Shown here in pieces: positions 62,801-64,000 of a stretch of DNA of 64,000 nt. The DNA lies in contig OZ037765.1 in assembly GCA_964035545.1 (NCBI GenBank), forward strand, positions 30,875,504 to 30,939,503. Direction: 5' to 3'. Origin of the DNA: Bugula neritina (taxonomy: Eukaryota > Animalia > Bryozoa). A model generated the notes under the pieces. It had not been told where the DNA came from, searched no databases, and saw only the letters and a list, made by a program, of their open reading frames with translations. How positions within the stretch are numbered: the first letter of the stretch is position 1; the number at the start of each line of letters is the position of its first letter. The position numbers and the translations under genes are program-made.

Positions 62801-63487
62801 TCCAGACGTCTCCTCATCTTCTCCAGCTCCTTCCTGGCCTCCTGCTCCTTTCTCAACTTCTCCTCCAGGTCAGCAATTATCTGCTCATACTTGGTCTAGA
62901 AACATAGACACAGAACTAGTCTCTCTCACGAATAGCCAGATAGCTACTGGTCTACACAGATTGTTTGGTGTAACCAAATATGCTTTTCCATACAGAAAGT
63001 CATCTATATTTGAAAACACTGTCTAATTAAACCAAGTATAATAGCGCGCAATTGAGTTATATGTTAGTGTCTGTTGCTAACACCATATCAACATCTGCTT
63101 GACTTCCTAACAAGTCAATCAACTCAACTCATAGACAGCTTCATTGATGAGCCTAAGACTCGCTATACAAATACCAACACAACTACCAGCGCGTGAAGTC
63201 AGCAAAAGCAGCTGCTAAGGCAGCAGAAGCAGCTGCTAAGGCAGCAGTACGCTGACAGGAGAATCAACCTTACCTTCAGTTTACCCAGACCCTTGCTCTT
63301 CTCTTCCTCCTCGGCCAGGTTAGAGGTCATCTCAGCCAGCTTTTCCTCCAGCATCTTCCTGTCTTTAGAGAGTTTAGTGTTGTTGTCTGTAAACACAGCC
63401 AGGTCTTCCTCCAGCTTCTTCACCTTGCTCTCAGTTGTGACCTTCTCCAGCTGCAGTTTCTGTCTCTGCTGCTCTTCATCCTCCAAC
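53846..63487 (-). CDS. zip: Non-muscle myosin II heavy chain (zipper/MYH9-10-like), rod and tailpiece; 5' part lies beyond the window
   Basis: Exons 63487-63274, 62895-62665, 62550-62368, 61876-61766, 61428-61183, 60886-60629, 60385-60251, 60151-60006, 59585-59387, 58295-58083, 57914-57642, 57511-57299, 57093-56923, 56793-56647, 56355-56183 and 54002-53846 are phase-consistent. [27 protein letters not shown] and [21 protein letters not shown] match MYH9/10-type rods. Confidence 0.95.
55601..55709 (-). CDS. Alternative terminal exon of myosin II (tailpiece [36 protein letters not shown])
   Basis: Acceptor gtgtag| is compatible with the phase-2 donor at 56183. 36 open codons give a Ser/Arg-rich, then acidic, non-helical tailpiece. 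Downstream AATAAA at ~55094 and ~55063. Confidence 0.65.
56390..56661. repeat. Minisatellite, 34-41-bp unit duplicating a myosin exon end and 5' splice site
   Basis: CACTCACCTGCTCCTTGTACTCACTAGTAATAAG x~7. Confidence 0.95.
58513..58947 (-). CDS. Intronic ORF in the myosin gene; candidate alternative first coding exon of a headless rod isoform
   Basis: 144-codon, GC-richer ORF in a 1.09-kb intron, with in-frame phase-0 donors after 58726 (TCG|GTAATG) and 58582 (CCG|GTATGC) that match the phase-0 acceptor at 58295. Confidence 0.45.
   Translation of the reverse strand: MSRQRSSSSNMEEVKRTLEASLVRRCDSLNGGSLTRRNSPTRVSEPTGLVKSCDSLAEMRVSDGNKAAYKAYWSVMSLGRKYNSSSREKKYGSFVSSKLRKFNSLSVKEEKLTSLLTAPADPVCLLPEPVVSTAYLLSCKTSWA
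60405..60596. repeat. Degenerate 16-bp tandem repeat (TACTGCAGACGCAGAG)
   Basis: Fills most of a myosin intron. Confidence 0.85.
61907..62013. repeat. 20-bp tandem repeat CAGGTGAGAGCAGGTGGTGA x~5
   Basis: Direct reading. Confidence 0.9.
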
Positions 63488-63489
63488 CT

Positions 63490-64000
63490 GTGACATGACA
63501 GTGTAATGCGACTAGTACACAAGGTGACATGACAGTGTAATGTGACTACTGACTAGTACACAAGGTGACATGACAGTGTGGTGTGACTAGTACACAAGGT
63601 GATAGGACAGAGTGGTGTGACTAGTACACAAGGTGACAGGACAGAGTGGTGTGACTAGTACACAAGGTGATAGGACAGAGTGGTGTGACTAGTACACAAG
63701 GTGACAGGACAGAGTGGTGTGACTAGTACACAAGGTGACAGGACAGAGTGGTGTGACTAGTACACAAGGTGACAGGACAGAGTGGTGTGACTAGTACACA
63801 AGGTGACAGGACAGAGTGGTGTGACTACTGACTAGTACACAAGGTGACAGGACAGTGTGATGTGACTACTGACTAGTACACAAGGTGACATGACAGAGTG
63901 GTGTGACTAGTACACAAGGTGACATGACAGAGTGGTGTGACTAGTACACAAGGTGACAGGACAGAGTGGTGTGACTAGTACACAAGGTGACATGACAGAG
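63490..64000. repeat. Minisatellite, 34/41-bp unit GACTAGTACACAAGGTGACAGGACAGAGTGGTGT, running off the window
   Basis: About 14 copies starting immediately at the acceptor of myosin exon 63487. Confidence 0.95.

Noticed and set aside
56120-63493. Plus-strand Ser/Leu/Phe-rich ORFs over myosin exons
   Set aside because: Antisense shadows of Glu/Lys-rich coiled-coil codons.
63490-64000. CRISPR-like appearance of 34-41-bp repeats (also 56390-56661 and 52736-52854)
   Set aside because: Head-to-tail units without unique spacers, in a eukaryotic context with no cas genes.

Overview
AT-rich, intron-containing animal (invertebrate-looking) genomic DNA with three protein-coding genes, reconstructed by hand from splice sites and reading phases. 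(1) A minus-strand type II membrane protein of about 762 aa with a cytoplasmic tail, TM, SEA, Ser/Thr stalk, Frizzled CRD and three LDLa repeats. It resembles the stem of corin/TTSP proteins, but no protease domain is visible. Its first coding exon appears to lie at 39359-39445. (2) A small four-exon plus-strand orphan type II membrane protein (159 aa, 47223-52310). (3) The 3' part (coiled-coil rod) of a non-muscle myosin II heavy chain on the minus strand. It has two alternative tailpiece exons and an intronic ORF that could yield a headless, catchin-like isoform. Mobile DNA: a very young full-length Ty3/gypsy LTR retrotransposon (26838-34614; apparently identical 719-bp LTRs, ATAC TSD, tRNA-Leu PBS, -1 frameshift signal, one pol frameshift) sitting antisense in the ~25-kb intron of gene 1, an internally deleted pogo-like DNA transposon (44016-45735), a tRNA-derived SINE and a foldback element. 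Several minisatellites duplicate splice sites. All gene models are predictions without transcript evidence.
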